Shown: piece by piece, positions 39,873 through 42,791 of the stretch | How the letters are laid out: each line of letters begins with the position of its first letter | Position numbering within the stretch: position 1 is the first letter of the stretch | Virus record (IMG/VR): IMGVR_UViG_2537562189_000008 | Coordinates: 1-42,791 of that record | Source: a virus | Taxonomy: Duplodnaviria; Heunggongvirae; Uroviricota; Caudoviricetes | DNA: 42,791 bases | Direction: 5' to 3' (one strand) | Translations under genes and position numbers: made by a program | Notes under the pieces: generated by a model | The model's database searches: none | Told to the model about the DNA's origin: nothing | What the model saw: only the letters and a program-made list of their open reading frames with translations

Positions 39873-40189
39873 TGATTAATCGAACCAAACTGGAGCACAT
39901 CCTCGAGTATGCCAGACAGCAGAGGCGCTTTGGTCAGCATTGCAAAATCCCGCCAGGAGATATGGTTGAAATCGTGGAGATTGCCATGCGCAAGGCTGGC
40001 AACTCTCCGGTAATTCCGGATGGTTGGGTTATGGTGCCGAAGGAGTTAACCCCGGAAATGATGAGAGCCGTTCAGATTAGAAGTGAGCTTGGGGGGTATG
40101 CCACTTCCAATCTATCTGGTGCATACAATATGTTTTCTGAGTTCTGGAATGTTGCTGTCTCAGCTGCGCCTAAGGTGGATGATTTATGA
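39872..40189 (+). CDS. Hypothetical early protein (105 aa)
   Basis: ORF with ATGA coupling to downstream Lar-like gene. Confidence 0.5.
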   Translation: MINRTKLEHILEYARQQRRFGQHCKIPPGDMVEIVEIAMRKAGNSPVIPDGWVMVPKELTPEMMRAVQIRSELGGYATSNLSGAYNMFSEFWNVAVSAAPKVDDL

Positions 40190-40488
40190 ATCTATATCGC
40201 TGCCCATTCTGTGGTTCCACTGTGCTTAACATCGGATACTCATTCAGTATCAGAGGGAAAATGCGCTATGTGTCATGCAAATGTGGTGCCCAAGGACCAG
40301 AAAAACGAACTAAATCTGAAGCGATTTCTTCATGGAATAGTCGAATGAAAGTATGGGTTTATGATCCAGAAACCATATTAAACGCTGAAGAGCGCAGGAG
40401 AACGGAAGTCTATATTCATAACCTTAATGAAGATGGATTTACACCAGTGCTTGTAAAGGCTACTCCGCAGGAGGTTAACCATGGCTAA
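40186..40488 (+). CDS. Lar-family restriction-alleviation-like protein with C-terminal extension
   Basis: N-terminus MNLYRCPFCGS...C.CGAQGP......AISSWNSR fits Lar zinc-binding pattern. Confidence 0.6.
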   Translation: MNLYRCPFCGSTVLNIGYSFSIRGKMRYVSCKCGAQGPEKRTKSEAISSWNSRMKVWVYDPETILNAEERRRTEVYIHNLNEDGFTPVLVKATPQEVNHG

Positions 40489-40551
40489 CCTGCAACTTGC
40501 CGTCAAAGGTGAATAACAATCCTCGCACTCGCGGGGATTTCTTTTATCTGA

Positions 40552-40576
40552 ACTCGCTACGGCGAGTTTTGTTTTA
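40552..40576 (+). terminator. Rho-independent terminator
   Basis: AACTCGC-TACG-GCGAGTT hairpin followed by TTGTTTT. Confidence 0.6.
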
Positions 40577-40588
40577 TGGAGATGATAA

Positions 40589-40756
40589 ATGCACTTCCGA
40601 GTCACAGGCGAATGGAATGGAGAACCATTCAACAGAGTTATCGAAGCAGAGAACATCAACGACTGCTATGACCACTGGATGATATGGGCGCAGATAGCAC
40701 ATGCAGACGTAACCAATATTCGAATTGAAGAACTGAAAGAACACCAAGCCGCCTGA
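40589..40756 (+). CDS. Small hypothetical protein (55 aa)
   Basis: Own translation MHFRVTGEWNGEPFNRVIEAENINDCYDHWMIWAQIAHADVTNIRIEELKEHQAA; GGAG 7 nt upstream. Confidence 0.45.
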   Translation: MHFRVTGEWNGEPFNRVIEAENINDCYDHWMIWAQIAHADVTNIRIEELKEHQAA

Positions 40757-40770
40757 TGGCGGTTTTTTAT
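40746..40770 (+). terminator. Rho-independent terminator overlapping the stop of the small ORF
   Basis: GCCGCC-TGAT-GGCGG hairpin followed by TTTTTTAT. Confidence 0.7.
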
Positions 40771-40813
40771 TGCCTGATTTGCAGGTTCGATTCCCTATTC
40801 GGAGATAGCACTC

Positions 40814-41014
40814 ATGCAACACGAACTACAGCCTGATTCCCTGGTTGATTTGAAATTCATCATGGTCGATACTGGCTTCGGTAAAACCTTCATCTATGAC
40901 CGGATTAAGTCCGGAGACCTGCCTAAAGCCAAAGTTATCCACGGGCGAGCAAGATGGTTATATCGTGACCATTGTGAATTCAAAAATAAGCTCTTAAGCC
41001 GCGCCAATGGGTAA
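40814..41014 (+). CDS. torI: AlpA/TorI-family excisionase (recombination directionality factor)
   Basis: 66-aa product MQHELQPDSLVDLKFIMVDTGFGKTFIYDRIKSGDLPKAKVIHGRARWLYRDHCEFKNKLLSRANG; winged-helix AlpA pattern; matches recalled TorI of KplE1. Confidence 0.75.
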   Translation: MQHELQPDSLVDLKFIMVDTGFGKTFIYDRIKSGDLPKAKVIHGRARWLYRDHCEFKNKLLSRANG

Positions 41015-41087
41015 AATAGCGGGTAAAATATTTTTCACATCTAAAAAACACCATTCCAATCAATCCCCTGCCGCCTCAAGTAGATGT

Positions 41088-41102
41088 CTGCAGGGGACAC
41101 CA
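41088..41102. other. Putative attR core: 15-bp identity to the 3' end of tRNA-Arg (argW), CTGCAGGGGACACCA
   Basis: Sequence equals acceptor-stem 3' strand plus discriminator plus CCA of recalled argW; upstream flank is not tRNA-like, as expected for the displaced core copy. Confidence 0.6.
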
Positions 41103-41543
41103 GATACCCTTCAAACGAAATCTACCTTCACCCCGTAAAAGATGGGTTTGGCAGCACACTTGCCTTATATCTACTCATTTTTACTGCAACAGGTTGAAAT
41201 CTCAGCACTGTCAGAAAGCGCTGATGACTAAACAGCCCTGGGCCGGGCGATGTAACCATCACACAGAATCCTGATAGCGAAATATGGCGTGACTCGATAC
41301 TTCACTCCGCAATGCATTCCTTGATGAATTCGCAGGACCGTGATACACGGGACAGGTCACTGAATGACGACAATGTCCTGGAAATCAGCGAACCGCGCAT
41401 CTGAAGTACATTTGAGCGACTGTACCAGAACATGAATGAGGCGTTTGGATTAGGCGATTATTAGCAGGGCTAAGCATTTTACTATTATTATTTTCCGGTT
41501 GAGGGATATAGAGCTATCGACAACAACCGGAAAAAGTTTACGT

Positions 41544-42791
41544 CTATATTGCTGAAGGTACAGGCGTTTCCATAACTATTTGCTCGCGTTTTTTACTCAA
41601 GAAGAAAATGCCAAATAGCAACATCAGGCAGACAATACCCGAAATTGCGAAGAAAACTGTCTGGTAGCCTGCGTGGTCAAAGAGTATCCCAGTCGGCGTT
41701 GAAAGCAGCACAATCCCAAGCGAACTGGCAATTTGAAAACCAATCAGAAAGATCGTCGACGACAGGCGCTTATCAAAGTTTGCCACGCTGTATTTGAAGA
41801 CGGATATGACACAAAGTGGAACCTCAATGGCATGTAACAACTTCACTAATGAAATAATCCAGGGGTTAACGAACAGCGCGCAGGAAAGGATACGCAACGC
41901 CATAATCACAACTCCGATAAGTAATGCATTTTTTGGCCCTACCCGATTCACAAAGAAAGGAATAATCGCCATGCACAGCGCTTCGAGTACCACCTGGAAT
42001 GAGTTGAGATAACCATACAGGCGCGTTCCTACATCGTGTGATTCGAATAAACCTGCATAAAAGACAGGAAAAAGTTGTTGATCAAAAATGTTATAGAAAG
42101 ACCACGTCCCCACAATAAATATGACGAAAACCCAGAAGTTTCGATCCTTGAAAACTGCGATAAAATCCTCTTTTTTTACCCCTCCCGCATCTGCCGCTAC
42201 GCACTGGTGATCCTTATCTTTAAAACGCATGTTGATCATCATAAATACAGCGCCAAATAGCGAGACCAACCAGAAGTTGATATGGGGACTGATACTAAAA
42301 AATATGCCGGCAAAGAACGCGCCAATAGCATAGCCAAAAGATCCCCAGGCGCGCGCTGTTCCATATTCGAAATGAAAATTTCGCGCCATTTTTTCGGTGA
42401 AGCTATCAAGCAAACCGCATCCCGCCAGATACCCCAAGCCAAAAAATAGCGCCCCCAGAATTAGACCTACAGAAAAATTGCTTTGCAGTAACGGTTCATA
42501 AACGTAAATCATAAACGGTCCGGTCAAGACCAGGATGAAACTCATACACCAGATGAGCGGTTTCTTCAGACCGAGTTTATCCTGAACGATGCCGTAGAAC
42601 ATCATAAATAGAATGCTGGTAAACTGGTTGACCGAATAAAGTGTACCTAATTCCGTCCCTGTCAACCCTAGATGTCCTTTCAGCCAAATAGCGTATAACG
42701 ACCACCACAGCGACCAGGAAATAAAAAAGAGAAATGAGTAACTGGATGCAAAACGATAGTACGCATTTCTGAATGGAATATTCAGTGCCAT
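41544..42791 (-). CDS. cscB: Sucrose permease CscB-like MFS (LacY family) transporter; host flank
   Basis: 415-aa 12-TM ORF starting MALNIPFRNAYYRFASSYSFLFFISWSLWW...; matches recalled CscB; GC and codon usage differ from adjacent phage DNA. Confidence 0.75.
   Translation of the reverse strand: MALNIPFRNAYYRFASSYSFLFFISWSLWWSLYAIWLKGHLGLTGTELGTLYSVNQFTSILFMMFYGIVQDKLGLKKPLIWCMSFILVLTGPFMIYVYEPLLQSNFSVGLILGALFFGLGYLAGCGLLDSFTEKMARNFHFEYGTARAWGSFGYAIGAFFAGIFFSISPHINFWLVSLFGAVFMMINMRFKDKDHQCVAADAGGVKKEDFIAVFKDRNFWVFVIFIVGTWSFYNIFDQQLFPVFYAGLFESHDVGTRLYGYLNSFQVVLEALCMAIIPFFVNRVGPKNALLIGVVIMALRILSCALFVNPWIISLVKLLHAIEVPLCVISVFKYSVANFDKRLSSTIFLIGFQIASSLGIVLLSTPTGILFDHAGYQTVFFAISGIVCLMLLFGIFFLSKKREQIVMETPVPSAI

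Larger units (their letters stand above)
1..41102. mobile_element. Mosaic lambdoid prophage (P22/Sf6/HK620-like virion genes, lambda-like Q and lysis genes, P22-like immunity, IntS/TorI-type integration module); left end (attL) lies outside the window
   Basis: Continuous phage gene order from integrase to excisionase-like gene; host-type gene (sucrose permease) only beyond 41544; tRNA-Arg 3'-end-like core at 41088..41102. Confidence 0.85.

Noticed and set aside
40497-40682. 61-aa ORF after the Lar-like gene
   Set aside because: Runs through a terminator hairpin and has no ribosome-binding site; the downstream 55-codon ORF with GGAG is the better candidate
40771-40810. Possible intact tRNA gene suggested by a GGTTCGATTCC T-loop-like motif
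   Set aside because: The flanking bases cannot form a T-stem (only 2 bp pair), there is no acceptor stem or CCA, and no D-arm or anticodon arm upstream; treated as a tRNA-derived fragment rather than a gene
41544-42791. MFS transporter as phage cargo
   Set aside because: It lies beyond the tRNA-Arg core that marks the prophage end and matches recalled chromosomal CscB; interpreted as host flank
1-42791. CRISPR arrays, rRNA genes, IS elements or transposase genes
   Set aside because: No regularly spaced short direct repeats, no rRNA-like conserved stretches and no transposase-like ORFs or terminal inverted repeats were seen on either strand

Overview
The window is almost entirely one mosaic lambdoid prophage of the P22/Sf6/HK620 type (about 1..41102), with an enterobacterial host flank at the right end (a cscB-like sucrose permease, 41544..42791). 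All identifications are from reading the sequence and ORF translations against recalled protein families; no searches were run. Layout, left to right: a P4/IntS-like integrase reading inward from the window edge (attL lies outside the window); an AT-rich hexapeptide acetyltransferase convergent with an AT-rich tailspike that has a P22-type head-binding N-terminus; the P22 immI module (ant, arc, mnt with both operators); an accessory pair at the sieA-equivalent slot; Sf6/P22-like ejection, tail, head, portal and terminase genes; a small moron cluster including a T5orf172/GIY-YIG-like protein; a lambda-type Rz/Rz1-R-S lysis cassette with tR', pR' and Q; a nin region (ninH, rusA, Rha/KilAC antirepressor, ninF, ninE, ninC-like, ninB); a DnaB-family helicase interrupted by an intein with a LAGLIDADG endonuclease; an O-like initiator with iterons; P22-type cII, cro, OR, c2, pL/nutL and an N-like gene; an early-left operon (c3, kil, erf, ssb, Ea-type and Lar-like genes); and a TorI-like excisionase next to a 15-bp tRNA-Arg 3'-end core that I take as attR. 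No CRISPR array, rRNA, intact tRNA gene or IS element was seen. The best candidates for undescribed biology are the divergent pair at the sieA slot (5491..7005), the T5orf172 moron (21220..21705), the AT-rich early-left gene at 34066..34458, and the tailspike plus acetyltransferase module; none can be assigned a function from sequence alone.
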